Shown here one piece after another: positions 38,813 through 52,267 of a DNA stretch of 64,000 bases. The stretch lies in assembly GCF_057098645.1 (NCBI RefSeq), contig NZ_CM169472.1; one strand, 5' to 3'. The notes under the pieces were generated by a model. That model was not told the DNA's origin and ran no database searches. It was given only the letters and a program-made list of their open reading frames with translations. Position numbers and translations under genes: made by a program. How positions within the stretch are numbered: position 1 is the stretch's first letter; each line of letters opens with the position of its first letter.

Positions 38813-38826
38813 GTTCGTATACGAAC
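38813..38826. promoter_or_regulatory. perfect 14-bp palindrome GTTCGTATACGAAC, candidate operator
   Basis: Lies 18 nt upstream of the UbiX-like start codon in the divergent region shared with the MarR-type gene. Confidence 0.4.
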
Positions 38827-38908
38827 ATTATTATTAAAATACGCCTCTGTTCTCATTGCGGCAAGCACTGAAAAGTAACAACATCCCCTTCGTCACTGAA
38901 AAACCGCT

Positions 38909-39349
38909 ATGATAGCGGCAGATAGTTTGCCCGGAGTTTACATGGCGTTACGAAATAAAGCGTTCCATCAGTTACGACAGCTTTTTCAGCAGCACACGGC
39001 TCGCTGGCAGCACGAGTTACCTGACCTGACCAAACCACAGTATGCGGTGATGCGCGCCATTGCTGATAAGCCTGGTATCGAACAGGTGGCACTGATAGAA
39101 GCAGCAGTCAGCACCAAAGCAACGTTGGCAGAAATGTTGGCAAGAATGGAGAATCGTGGCTTAGTCAGACGTGAACATGATGCCGCTGACAAGCGGCGTC
39201 GCTTTGTCTGGCTGACTGCCGAAGGAGAAAAGATACTTGCTGCGGCGATACCGATTGGTGACAGCGTGGATGAGGAATTTTTGGGGCGTTTGAGTGCAGA
39301 AGAGCAGGAGCTGTTTGTGCAGCTGGTGCGCAAGATGATGAACACATAG
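38909..39349 (+). CDS. MarR/SlyA-family transcriptional regulator
   Basis: 146-aa ORF with winged-helix region; alternative start at Met-12 (38942) cannot be excluded. Confidence 0.85.
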   Translation: MIAADSLPGVYMALRNKAFHQLRQLFQQHTARWQHELPDLTKPQYAVMRAIADKPGIEQVALIEAAVSTKATLAEMLARMENRGLVRREHDAADKRRRFVWLTAEGEKILAAAIPIGDSVDEEFLGRLSAEEQELFVQLVRKMMNT

Positions 39350-39423
39350 GATGCAAATTGCCGGGTAGGACGCTGACGTGTCTTATCCAGGCGACAAAAA
39401 CACAAGCTTCCCAAACAAAAGAA

Positions 39424-39452
39424 AAAGGCCAGCCTCGCTTGAGACTGGCCTT
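39424..39452 (-). terminator. rho-independent terminator downstream of rpoS
   Basis: Minus strand: AGGCCAGTCTCAAGCGAGGCTGGCCT hairpin followed by TTTTCTTTTG. Confidence 0.6.
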
Positions 39453-39468
39453 TCTGACAGATGCTTAC

Positions 39469-40461
39469 TTATTCGCGGAACAGCGCTTCGATATTCAGCC
39501 CCTGCGTTTGCAGGATTTCGCGCAAACGGCGCAGGCCTTCAACCTGAATCTGGCGAACACGTTCACGGGTGAGGCCAATTTCACGACCTACATCTTCCAG
39601 TGTTGCCGCTTCGTACCCCAGCAAACCGAATCGACGTGCCAGCACTTCACGCTGTTTGGCGTTCAGCTCGAACAGCCATTTGACGATGCTCTGCTTCATA
39701 TCGTCATCTTGCGTGGTATCTTCCGGACCGTTCTCTTTTTCATCGGCCAGGATGTCCAGCAACGCTTTTTCGGAATCACCACCCAGCGGGGTGTCTACCG
39801 AGGTAATGCGCTCGTTAAGACGAAGCATACGGCTGACGTCATCAACTGGCTTATCCAGTTGCTCTGCGATCTCTTCCGCACTTGGTTCATGGTCCAGCTT
39901 ATGGGACAACTCACGTGCGGTTCGCAGGTAAACGTTCAGCTCCTTTACGATGTGAATCGGCAAACGAATAGTACGGGTTTGGTTCATAATCGCCCGTTCA
40001 ATCGTCTGGCGAATCCACCAGGTTGCGTATGTTGAGAAGCGGAAACCACGTTCCGGGTCAAACTTCTCTACCGCGCGGATCAGCCCCAGGTTGCCCTCTT
40101 CGATAAGGTCCAGCAACGCCAGACCACGATTGCCATAACGGCGGGCAATTTTTACCACCAGACGCAAGTTACTCTCGATCATCCGGCGGCGAGAGGCGAC
40201 ATCTCCACGCAGTGCGCGACGCGCAAAATAAACTTCTTCTTCGGCCGTTAACAGTGGTGAATAACCAATCTCACCAAGGTAAAGCTGAGTCGCGTCCAAC
40301 ACACGCTGTGTGGCTCCCTGCGATAACAGTTCCTCTTCGGCCAAATCGTTATCACTGGGTTCCTCTTCTACTAAGGCCTTTTCGTCAAAAACCTCAACTC
40401 CGTTCTCATCAAATTCCGCATCTTCATTTAAATCATGAACTTTCAGCGTATTCTGACTCAT
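39469..40461 (-). CDS. rpoS: RNA polymerase sigma factor RpoS (sigma-38)
   Basis: 330 aa from [21 protein letters not shown]; sigma-70 family regions 2-4. Track ORF includes 12 extra N-terminal codons. Confidence 0.95.
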   Translation of the reverse strand: MSQNTLKVHDLNEDAEFDENGVEVFDEKALVEEEPSDNDLAEEELLSQGATQRVLDATQLYLGEIGYSPLLTAEEEVYFARRALRGDVASRRRMIESNLRLVVKIARRYGNRGLALLDLIEEGNLGLIRAVEKFDPERGFRFSTYATWWIRQTIERAIMNQTRTIRLPIHIVKELNVYLRTARELSHKLDHEPSAEEIAEQLDKPVDDVSRMLRLNERITSVDTPLGGDSEKALLDILADEKENGPEDTTQDDDMKQSIVKWLFELNAKQREVLARRFGLLGYEAATLEDVGREIGLTRERVRQIQVEGLRRLREILQTQGLNIEALFRE

Positions 40462-40523
40462 AAGGTGGCTCCTACCCGTGATCCCTTGACGGAACATTCA
40501 AGCAAAAGCCTGGTTCCGCCGAT

Positions 40524-41663
40524 TTATCGCTGCGGCAAATAACGCAGCGGGTTTACGGATTTCCCCTTGTAACGAATTTCAAAATGCAAGCGTGTTGAAC
40601 TGGTTCCGGTGCTACCCATGGTTGCTATTTTTTGCCCCGCCTTCACTTCTTGTTGTTCCCGGACCAGCATTGTGTCGTTATGGGCGTAGGCACTCAGGTA
40701 ATCATCATTATGTTTGATGATAATCAGATTACCGTAGCCGCGCAGCGCGTTACCGGCATAAACAACGCGGCCATCTGCGGTCGCGATAATTGCCTGTCCT
40801 TTGCTGCCTGCAATATCAATCCCCTTGTTGCCCCCCTCAGAAGCGCCAAAGGTTTCGATCACTTTGCCCTCAGTCGGCCAGCGCCAGGTGGAGATAGGCG
40901 TACTGGTTGATGTACTGCTGACAGTCGGCTCGGTTGTGCTTGCTGTTGGTACCGTTACAGGCGCTGTGACCGTGGTCGCAGTTGGCTTGTTGTTCGGCAA
41001 CATTTTGTTAGCACTCTGTTCACCCGAAGACTCAGAATACGTAATTGTCGGTTGCGACGCAACAGCAACGGTGGAATTTTGTGCAGGCTTGATCACAACT
41101 CCTTGCTCTGCTGCGTCGGCCTGGGTAATGGCATTTCCGCCAGTGATTGGCGTACCGGAAGCATTACCCACCTGCAAGGTCTGACCAACGTTCAGCGCGT
41201 ATGGTGCCTGAATATTGTTGCGCTGAGCAAGGTCACGGAAATCGTTGCCAGTAATCCAGGCGATATAGAAAAGCGTGTCGCCTTTTTTCACGGTATAGGT
41301 ACTGCCGCTATAACTGCCTTTCGGAATGTTCCCATACTGACGGTTATAGACGATGCGTCCGTTTTCCATCTGTACCGGCTGCTGAGCTACTGGCTGCACT
41401 GGCTGGATTTGCGGTTGTTGAGTGGCCTGAATTTGTGGCTGCTGTACCGGCTGAATTTGCGGTTGCTGGGCTGTAGACGTCGTCCCCATTTTCGGCGGCG
41501 GCGTAATCAACATACCAGAATTGGTATTTGCAGGCGCATTGCCATTAACGGAGCTGACCGGTGCCGGTGGATTTGAAGTGTCAGAACAGCCTGCCAGCCA
41601 TAGCGAAACCAGTGACAAAGCCGCAATGCGGCGAACGGTGAATTTTGGGCTTCCCGCGCTCAT
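40524..41663 (-). CDS. nlpD: murein hydrolase activator lipoprotein NlpD (LysM + M23-like)
   Basis: 379-aa ORF; lipobox LAGC, Gln/Pro-rich QQPQIQ repeats, LysM ([14 protein letters not shown]), C-terminal LytM domain. Confidence 0.93.
   Translation of the reverse strand: MSAGSPKFTVRRIAALSLVSLWLAGCSDTSNPPAPVSSVNGNAPANTNSGMLITPPPKMGTTSTAQQPQIQPVQQPQIQATQQPQIQPVQPVAQQPVQMENGRIVYNRQYGNIPKGSYSGSTYTVKKGDTLFYIAWITGNDFRDLAQRNNIQAPYALNVGQTLQVGNASGTPITGGNAITQADAAEQGVVIKPAQNSTVAVASQPTITYSESSGEQSANKMLPNNKPTATTVTAPVTVPTASTTEPTVSSTSTSTPISTWRWPTEGKVIETFGASEGGNKGIDIAGSKGQAIIATADGRVVYAGNALRGYGNLIIIKHNDDYLSAYAHNDTMLVREQQEVKAGQKIATMGSTGTSSTRLHFEIRYKGKSVNPLRYLPQR
41024..41052 (-). promoter_or_regulatory. candidate sigma70 promoter inside nlpD for rpoS
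   Basis: Minus strand TTGCGT-17 nt-TATTCT, ~555 nt upstream of rpoS ATG; consistent with the known rpoS promoter inside nlpD giving a long 5' UTR. Exact hexamers are my reading. Confidence 0.4.
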
Positions 41664-41802
41664 TTATCCCCCAGGAAAAATTGGTTAATAACCAGTGACA
41701 TAATTACCGTGCAAGGCACCATACTGAACACTGGAAAAGATGTTCACGATACGCTGACCTGCGGCAAAATAACCAGGAAAAATCCAGGTATTTCCTCACG
41801 TT

Positions 41803-43164
<1,362 letters not shown>

Positions 43165-43184
<20 letters not shown>

Positions 43185-44214
43185 AATCACCTGTTGTGTT
43201 GATAAGTTCCCTGACAACGCTGGTTGCAAAACTACCCGCCGGAAGCCAGAAACGGATCTCTACGGTGACGTCATCCCACCAATTCCAGCTTAATTGTTGC
43301 GGATACAGCAGCATCGCTCTGCGCGCGGCTTCAACTTTTTCGCGCACCAGTAAAGCTTGTAATTCAGTTTCTGCGGCGACCGCTGCTTGTTCGAATGCCA
43401 ACGCTTCACGCTGAGTTCCCCATTCGCCACTGCCCGGCAATGCGGCGGTTATCATCAGCTCTTTATCGTTGACGCGACGCTGTAATTCCGCCAGTTCTTC
43501 GGTGGTTGCTACAAACCAGCTACCACGTCCGGCTAATTGTAGCGCATCGCCGTCAACAACTTGATTAACGTCTGCTTTTTTGAGGCGCTCAGCAACAATC
43601 TGATTAAACAACGCACTGCGGGCTGCCGACAACCAAAAACTCCGTTTATTGCGATCGCGCACCGGAGTATTGGTTTGCGCCCAGCGCAGCGCGCCCTGCA
43701 AGTTGCTACCGCCAATCCCAAAACGTTGGGCACCGAAGTAGTTCGGTACACCTTTTACGCAAATATCGATCAGACGTTGTTCAACGTCATCGCGATTGCT
43801 CACTTCGCGCAGAACCAGGGTAAAGGCGTTTCCTTTCAGCGCCCCTAAACGCAGCTTGCGCTTGTGCCGCGCATACTCCAGCACCTGGCAGCCTTCCAGT
43901 TGAAAGGCGCTCAGATCGGGCATTTCCTTGCCCGGCACGCGAGCGCATAACCACTGTTCTGTAACAGCATGTTTGTCTTTTTGCCCAGCAAAGCTGACTT
44001 CACGGGCATGAATTTTCAGGAATTTCGCCAGTGCATCCGCCACAAAACGGGTATTGCAGCCGTTTTTGAGGATTCTAACCAGAATATGCTCACCTTCACC
44101 ATCAGGCTCAAAGCCCAAATCTTCCACCACCACAAAGTCTTCCGGATTGGCTTTCAGCAGCCCGGTGCCTTGCGGTTTACCGTGGAGGTAAGTGAGATTA
44201 TCAAACTCAATCAT
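43165..44214 (-). CDS. truD: tRNA pseudouridine(13) synthase
   Basis: 349-aa ORF; overlaps surE by 20 nt. Confidence 0.92.
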
Positions 44215-44690
44215 TTTGTTGCCTTAATGAGTAGCGCCACCGCTTCACAGGCAATCCCTTCCCCACGTCCGGTAAATCCAAGTTTTTCCGTAGTAGTGGC
44301 TTTCACGTTAACATCATCCATATGGCAGCCGAGATCTTCGGCAATAAACACGCGCATTTGTGGAATGTGCGGCAACATCTTCGGTGCCTGAGCGATGATA
44401 GTGACATCGACGTTGCCAAGGGTATAACCCTTCGCCTGAATACGACGCCAGGCTTCGCGTAGCAGCTCGCGGCTATCGGCACCTTTAAATGCCGGATCGG
44501 TATCCGGGAACAGTTTGCCGATATCCCCCAGCGCCGCCGCGCCAAGCAATGCATCGGTCAACGCATGGAGCGCCACGTCGCCATCAGAATGCGCCAGCAA
44601 TCCTTTTTCGTAAGGAATGCGTACGCCACCAATGATAATTGGGCCTTCACCGCCAAAGGCGTGTACGTCAAAACCGTGTCCAATTCGCAT
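44211..44690 (-). CDS. ispF: 2-C-methyl-D-erythritol 2,4-cyclodiphosphate synthase
   Basis: 159-aa ORF; metal-binding [12 protein letters not shown] and HSDGDV motifs. Confidence 0.93.
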
Positions 44691-45400
44691 TATGTATTCT
44701 CCTGATGGATGGTTCGGGTGAGGTAAAACTCGGCCAGTGCCAAATCCTCCGGGCGCGTGACTTTAATGTTATCCGCACGGCCTTCGACCAACTGCGGATG
44801 AAATCCGCAATATTCCAGCGCCGAGGCTTCGTCAGTAATAGTCGCGCCTTCATTTAGAGCGCGCGTCATACAGTCATGTAACAGCTCACGAGGGAAAAAT
44901 TGCGGCGTCAGCGCGTGCCATAAGCCGTTGCGATCAACGGTATGAGCAATGGCATTTTTGCCCGGTTCGGCACGTTTCATAGTATCGCGCACTGGTGCGG
45001 CTAGGATCCCTCCCGTGCGGCTGGTTTCGCTCAACGCCAACAATCGCGCGAGGTCATCCTGATGCAGACAAGGACGAGCGGCGTCATGCACCAATACCCA
45101 CTGCGCGTCGCCAGCGGCTTTCAAACCTGCCAGCACGGAATCGGCACGCTCATCACCGCCATCTACAACGGTGATTTGCGGATGATTCGCCAGAGAAAGT
45201 TGTGCAAAACGGCTATCGCCAGGACTTATGGCAATGACGACACGTTTCACCCGGGGATGCGCCAGCAGCGCATACACCGAGTGTTCAAGAATGGTTTGAT
45301 TACCGATTGAGAGATATTGCTTAGGACATTCCGTTTGCATTCGACGGCCAAATCCGGCCGCCGGAACCACGGCGCAAACATCCAAATGAGTGGTTGCCAT
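44690..45400 (-). CDS. ispD: 2-C-methyl-D-erythritol 4-phosphate cytidylyltransferase
   Basis: 236-aa ORF; N-terminal [11 protein letters not shown] nucleotidyltransferase motif; coupled to ispF. Confidence 0.93.
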
Positions 45401-45418
45401 GTTAATTCCCGGGCTGAT

Positions 45419-45730
45419 TTATCGATTGTTTTGCCCCGCAGACTGTGCGCGCTTCGACGCGTCAGGCACCAGACGATAAAAAGTTTCGCCCGGCCTGGTC
45501 ATGCTGAGTTCATTACGCGCACGCTCTTCGAGCGCCTCCTGGCCGCCATTGAGATCGTCAATTTCGGCAAAAAGTTGATCGTTTCGCGCTTTAAGTTTCG
45601 CGTTTGTAGCTTGCTGTGCCGCCACATCATCATTGACGCGGGTATAGTCATGTATACCGTTCTTACCGAACCACAGCGAATACTGTAGCCAGACCAGAAT
45701 AGCCAGCAACAGCAGCGTTAGTTTACCCAT
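45419..45730 (-). CDS. ftsB: cell division protein FtsB
   Basis: 103-aa ORF; N-terminal TM segment followed by coiled coil. Confidence 0.9.
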
Positions 45731-45923
45731 CCTGCCCCCTGAAAAACGGCATCATCATCCCATGCATCCGAAGACGACTCTACATCCTCTGTTGGGGATA
45801 CCGCGACAACGCGGGCAAATGTACCACATTTGTCCATTGTTACGTATACCCAGGGCGTGCAGAACATAATCTCATTATTAGTTACGGTTTGAATTATGAA
45901 CAGAGGAGACGGGAAAGTACAAA

Positions 45924-46247
45924 TTAGCCCAGTAGCCACATAAACAGTGCGCCAAACATAATGCCTACTGTCATCAGGGTGAAAACAATACTGTAGCGTA
46001 GCTTTCCGTCCATCAATGAATGCAGCGCAATCCCCACCACTACCGCGACGGGCATCAGCGCAAGAAAGAAAGGCCAGGTGTAGATAAAGAAGAACAGCGT
46101 GTTAGAGCCATAAATCAACATCGGCATCGCCAGCGCAAATAACCAGGAGATAAAACCGACCACGGCACCAGGCAGTGACCATGTGGTTTCTTCATCCTCA
46201 GTAAGGCTGTCGTTATTTGTTAGTGTAATGTTATGGCTATTACGCAT
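45924..46247 (-). CDS. ygbE: inner membrane protein YgbE
   Basis: 107-aa hydrophobic ORF upstream of cysC. Confidence 0.8.
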   Translation of the reverse strand: MRNSHNITLTNNDSLTEDEETTWSLPGAVVGFISWLFALAMPMLIYGSNTLFFFIYTWPFFLALMPVAVVVGIALHSLMDGKLRYSIVFTLMTVGIMFGALFMWLLG

Positions 46248-46296
46248 ATTTGATCCTGTTACTTTGACGAACCGGGCATGGAAACCCGGTGGTGTC

Positions 46297-46902
46297 TCAG
46301 GATCTGATAATATCGTTCTGTCTCAACAGATCTAATAATTGCTGTACCAAATTTGTTACTAATTGTTCACCATTGAGATGAATTTCTGCCGATTCAGGCG
46401 CTTCGTAAACGGAATCTATTCCCGTAAAGTTGCGCAGTTCACCGGCACGCGCTTTCTTATATAAGCCTTTTGGATCGCGGGCTTCGCAAATCGCCAGCGG
46501 CGTATCGACAAACACTTCGATAAAGCGCCCTTCTCCTACGCGTTCACGAACCATCTGGCGTTCGGCGCGGTGTGGCGAGATAAATGCGGTCAGCACCACC
46601 AGTCCGGCTTCAACCATCAAATTCGCCACTTCACCGACGCGACGGATATTCTCTTTACGATCGGCATCGCTAAAACCGAGATCGCTGCATAATCCGTGGC
46701 GAACATTGTCGCCATCCAGCAGATACGTACTGACGCCGAGTTTATGTAACGCCTCCTCCAGCGCCCCGGCGACCGTTGATTTACCGGACCCGGAGAGGCC
46801 GGTAAACCACAGCACTACACCACGATGACCGTGGTGTAGCTCGCGTTGTTGCACAGTGACCGGATGGCTATGCCAGACGACGTTTTCGTCATGCAGCGCC
46901 AT
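46297..46902 (-). CDS. cysC: adenylylsulfate (APS) kinase
   Basis: 201-aa ORF; P-loop GLSGSGKST. Confidence 0.95.
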
Positions 46903-48329
46903 TATTTATCCCCCAGCAAATCGCGCGCGCCCCAGTGTGGAAAGTGGCGGCGAACCAGGGCATTCAATTCCAGTTCGAATGCACTAAATTCAGATGGCGC
47001 AGCAGTTGCCTGGCTAACTGGCTCATGCACCATACCGGCACCTACGGTCACATTGCTCAGGCGATCGATAAAAATCAGCCCACCGGTAACCGGGTTTTGC
47101 TGATAACGATCTAACACCAGTGGCTCGTCAAAAGTGAGATCCACCAGGCCGATGCCGTTCAGCGGCAGGTTTTCAACTTCGCGTTGGGTAAGGTTATTAA
47201 TATCAACCTGATAACGAATGCCATCAACACGAGCACGCGTCTTCTTACCGGCAATTTTGATGTCGTAACTCTGGCCCGGGGAAAGCGGCTGTTCCGCCAT
47301 CCATACCACATCCACCGACGCACTCTGCACCGCCGGTAACGCTTCGTCTGCCGCCAGCAGCAGATCACCACGGCTGATATCGATCTCATCCGTCAGCACC
47401 AGGGTGATCGCTTCTCCGGCAAAGGCTTCTTCGCGATCGCCATCAAAAGTCACGATCCGCGCGACGTTTGATTCCACACCAGAGGGCAGCACTTTTACAC
47501 GTTGCCCGACTTCCACGCGACCGGATGCCAGCGTTCCGGCGTAACCACGAAAATCAAGATTCGGGCGGTTAACATACTGCACCGGGAAGCGCATTGGCTG
47601 GGCATCCACCACTCGCTGGATCTCCACGGTTTCCAGCACTTCGAGCAGTGTTGGACCGCTGTACCACGGCATACTTTCACTTTGCGAAGCCACGTTGTCG
47701 CCTTCCAGTGCAGAGAGCGGCACAAAGCGGATATCCAGATTACCCGGCAGCTGCCCGGCAAAGGTCAAATAATCTTCACGAATACGGGTGAACGTCTCTT
47801 CACTGTAATCCATCAGATCCATTTTGTTGATCGCCACGACCAGATGTTTGATCCCCAACAGTGTGGAGATAAAACTGTGACGACGGGTTTGATCGAGCAC
47901 GCCTTTACGGGCATCGATCAGTAAGATCGCCAGTTCACATGTCGATGCGCCAGTCGCCATATTGCGGGTGTACTGCTCGTGTCCTGGGGTGTCGGCGATA
48001 ATAAATTTACGCTTCTCAGTAGAGAAATAGCGGTAGGCCACATCAATAGTGATGCCCTGTTCGCGCTCAGCTTGCAGGCCGTCCACCAGCAGTGCCAGAT
48101 CCAGCTTTTCGCCCTGGGTGCCGTGACGTTTACTGTCGTTATGCAGCGATGAGAGCTGATCTTCGTAGATTTGGCGGGTATCGTGCAGCAGGCGACCAAT
48201 CAGGGTACTTTTGCCGTCATCGACGCTACCACAGGTCAGAAAACGCAGCAGGCTTTTATGTTGTTGCGCAATCATCCAGGCTTCGACGCCGCCTTCATTG
48301 GCGATTTGTTGTGCAAGTGCGGTGTTCAT
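46902..48329 (-). CDS. cysN: sulfate adenylyltransferase subunit 1 (GTPase)
   Basis: 475-aa ORF; G1 [18 protein letters not shown]. Confidence 0.95.
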
Positions 48330-48330
48330 C

Positions 48331-49239
48331 TTAAAAATACCCCTGACGTTTTTTCAGCTCCATAGACCCCGCCTGGTCGCGGTCAATCACGCGGCCCTGA
48401 CGTTCACTGGTGGTGGAAACCAGCATCTCTTCGATGATCTCCGGCAGTGTTTGTGCATTTGACTCCACCGCACCGGTCAGCGGCCAGCAGCCCAGCGTAC
48501 GGAAACGCACCATCCGTTTTTTAATCACTTCGCCCGGTTGCAGGTCGATACGGTTGTCATCAATCATCATCAACATACCGTCGCGTTCCAGAACCGGACG
48601 TTCCGCAGCGAGATACAGCGGCACAATGTCGATATTTTCCAGCCAGATGTATTGCCAGATATCCTGCTCGGTCCAGTTAGAGAGCGGGAAGACGCGGATG
48701 CTTTCGCCTTTGTTAATTTGCCCGTTGTAGTTGTGCCACAGCTCCGGGCGCTGATTTTTCGGATCCCAGCGATGGAAGCGGTCACGGAAAGAGTAGATTC
48801 GCTCTTTAGCGCGGGATTTCTCTTCGTCACGGCGCGCACCACCGAAGGCGGCATCAAAACCGTATTTGTTCAGCGCCTGTTTCAGGCCTTCAGTTTTCAT
48901 AATATCGGTATGTTTCGCGCTGCCGTGCACGAATGGATTAATCCCCATCGCCACGCCTTCCGGGTTTTTATGCACCAGCAGCTCGCAGCCGTAGGCTTTC
49001 GCCGTACGATCGCGGAACTCATACATCTCGCGGAATTTCCAGCCGGTATCGACATGCAGCAACGGGAAAGGCAGCGTACCTGGATAAAACGCCTTGCGCG
49101 CCAGATGCAGCATGACGCTGGAATCTTTACCGATAGAGTAGAGCATCACCGGATTTGAGAATTCTGCCGCCACCTCGCGAATAATGTGGATACTTTCCGC
49201 CTCCAGTTGCCGCAGGTGAGTAAGTCGTTTTTGATCCAT
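48331..49239 (-). CDS. cysD: sulfate adenylyltransferase subunit 2
   Basis: 302-aa ORF; PAPS-reductase-like fold with [10 protein letters not shown]-loop. Confidence 0.95.
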   Translation of the reverse strand: MDQKRLTHLRQLEAESIHIIREVAAEFSNPVMLYSIGKDSSVMLHLARKAFYPGTLPFPLLHVDTGWKFREMYEFRDRTAKAYGCELLVHKNPEGVAMGINPFVHGSAKHTDIMKTEGLKQALNKYGFDAAFGGARRDEEKSRAKERIYSFRDRFHRWDPKNQRPELWHNYNGQINKGESIRVFPLSNWTEQDIWQYIWLENIDIVPLYLAAERPVLERDGMLMMIDDNRIDLQPGEVIKKRMVRFRTLGCWPLTGAVESNAQTLPEIIEEMLVSTTSERQGRVIDRDQAGSMELKKRQGYF

Positions 49240-49490
49240 AACCGTTCCTTTGCAATACCGCTATTTTCTTGCCATCAGATGTTTCGACTATAGGGAGCGT
49301 AAGAGAACGAATGAAATTACCAATTAGAATGAGTAGTTCCTTAACGGAATAACGATTTGGCAAAGCTAATATCAAAAAGTGCTTAAGGCACCGGATTTCG
49401 GGCGTTTAGGAAGATTTGAAATTGTTTTAGCGCAGCGGCAGTTTCATACTATGGCGGTAAAAAAATTTGCATGGTATTTAAGGACTCACT

Positions 49491-50528
49491 ATGTTTTCCG
49501 CATTGCGCCACCGTACCGCTGCCCTGGCGCTCGGCGTATGCTTTATTCTCCCCGTACACGCCTCATCACCTAAACCTGGCGATTTTGCTAATACCCAGGC
49601 ACGACATATTGCTACTTTCTTTCCGGGACGCATGACCGGAACTCCTGCAGAAATGTTATCTGCCGATTATATTCGCCAACAGTTTCAGCAAATGGGTTAT
49701 CGCAGTGATATTCGGACATTTAATAGTCGGTATATTTATACCGCCCGCGATAATCGCAAGAGCTGGCATAACGTGACGGGAAGTACGGTGATTGCCGCTC
49801 ATGAAGGCAAAGCGCCGCAGCAGATCATCATTATGGCGCATCTGGATACTTACGCCCCGCTGAGCGATGCTGACGCCGATGCCAATCTCGGCGGGCTGAC
49901 GTTACAAGGAATGGATGATAACGCCGCAGGTTTAGGTGTCATGCTGGAATTGGCAGAACGCCTGAAAAATACGCCTACCGAGTATGGTATTCGATTTGTG
50001 GCGACCAGCGGCGAAGAGGAAGGGAAATTAGGCGCTGAGAATTTACTCAAGCGGATGAGTGACACCGAAAAGAAAAATACGCTGCTGGTGATTAATCTCG
50101 ATAACTTAATTGTTGGCGATAAATTGTATTTCAACAGCGGTGTAAAAACCCCTGAAGCAGTAAGGAAATTAACGCGCGACAGGGCGCTGGCAATTGCGCG
50201 TAGTCATGGAATTGCCGCAACGACCAATCCGGGTTTGAATAAAAATTATCCGAAAGGCACTGGGTGTTGTAATGACGCAGAAATATTCGACAAAGCGGGC
50301 ATTGCTGTACTTTCGGTGGAAGCGACTAACTGGAATCTTGGGAATAAGGATGGTTATCAGCAACGCGCAAAAACAGCCGCATTCCCTGCGGGAAATAGCT
50401 GGCATGACGTAAGACTGGATAATCAACAGCATATTGATAAGGCACTTCCTGGAAGAATAGAACGTCGCTGCCGTGACGTTATGCGGATAATGCTACCACT
50501 GGTGAAGGAGCTGGCGAAGGCGTCTTGA
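49491..50528 (+). CDS. iap: alkaline phosphatase isozyme conversion aminopeptidase (M28 family)
   Basis: 345-aa ORF with signal peptide and M28 motifs (HLDT, SGEEEG); classic neighbour of the E. coli CRISPR array. Confidence 0.9.
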   Translation: MFSALRHRTAALALGVCFILPVHASSPKPGDFANTQARHIATFFPGRMTGTPAEMLSADYIRQQFQQMGYRSDIRTFNSRYIYTARDNRKSWHNVTGSTVIAAHEGKAPQQIIIMAHLDTYAPLSDADADANLGGLTLQGMDDNAAGLGVMLELAERLKNTPTEYGIRFVATSGEEEGKLGAENLLKRMSDTEKKNTLLVINLDNLIVGDKLYFNSGVKTPEAVRKLTRDRALAIARSHGIAATTNPGLNKNYPKGTGCCNDAEIFDKAGIAVLSVEATNWNLGNKDGYQQRAKTAAFPAGNSWHDVRLDNQQHIDKALPGRIERRCRDVMRIMLPLVKELAKAS

Positions 50529-50548
50529 TGGGTTTGAAAATGGGAGCT

Positions 50549-50943
50549 GGGTGTTCTACCGCAGGGGCGGGGAATTCTAAGTGATATCCATCATCGCATC
50601 CAGTGCGCCCGGTTTATCCCCGCTGGCGCGGGGAACACTACCCAAAGCCATACGTTTTTGAGGGTTAAAACGGTTTATCCCCGCTGGCGCGGGGAACTCG
50701 AGACCTGCCATGAGGTGGATTTATCAGTCGGCGGTTTATCCCCGCTGACGCGGGGAACTCGATTTTTTCCGCTTCTGACAAATGGTTTTTATCGGTTTAT
50801 CCCCGCTGGCGCGGGGAACTCCCCGAACCCGGCAACATGCTCGCCGACCTGCGCGGTTTATCCCCGCTGGCGCGGGGAACTCTTGATGAAGCGGCGCGTG
50901 TTATAGCTGATGGCCGGTTTATCCCCGCTGGCGCGGGGAACTC
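50549..50943 (-). CRISPR. type I-E CRISPR array: 6 full 29-bp repeats, 6 x 32-bp spacers, plus a degenerate leader-distal repeat
   Basis: Plus-strand repeat CGGTTTATCCCCGCTGGCGCGGGGAACTC at 50610, 50671, 50732, 50793, 50854, 50915 (61-bp period); minus strand reads GAGTTCCCCGCGCCAGCGGGGATAAACCG. Spacers 50578-50609, 50639-50670, 50700-50731, 50761-50792, 50822-50853, 50883-50914. Degenerate repeat 50549-50577 (19/29). The + ORF 50658-50906 is a repeat artefact. Confidence 0.95.
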
Positions 50944-51048
50944 TCTAAAAGTATACATTTGTTCTTAAAGCATTTTTTCCCATAAAAACAACCCACCAAC
51001 CTTGATGTAACATTTCCTTATTATTAAAGATCAGCTAATTCTTTGTTT
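50944..51048 (-). promoter_or_regulatory. CRISPR leader (AT-rich, array promoter)
   Basis: ~105-bp AT-rich segment between cas2 stop and the first repeat; array transcribed on the minus strand away from cas2. Confidence 0.7.
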
Positions 51049-52252
<1,204 letters not shown>

Positions 52253-52267
52253 TTTATTACACCTCAA

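Noticed and set aside
39358-40035. 225-aa plus-strand ORF
   Set aside because: Antisense to rpoS across most of its length, with no ribosome-binding context; rpoS explains the region.
50658-50906. 82-aa plus-strand ORF
   Set aside because: Lies entirely within the CRISPR array; its peptide repeats VYPRWRGEL, the translation of the repeat. Artefact.
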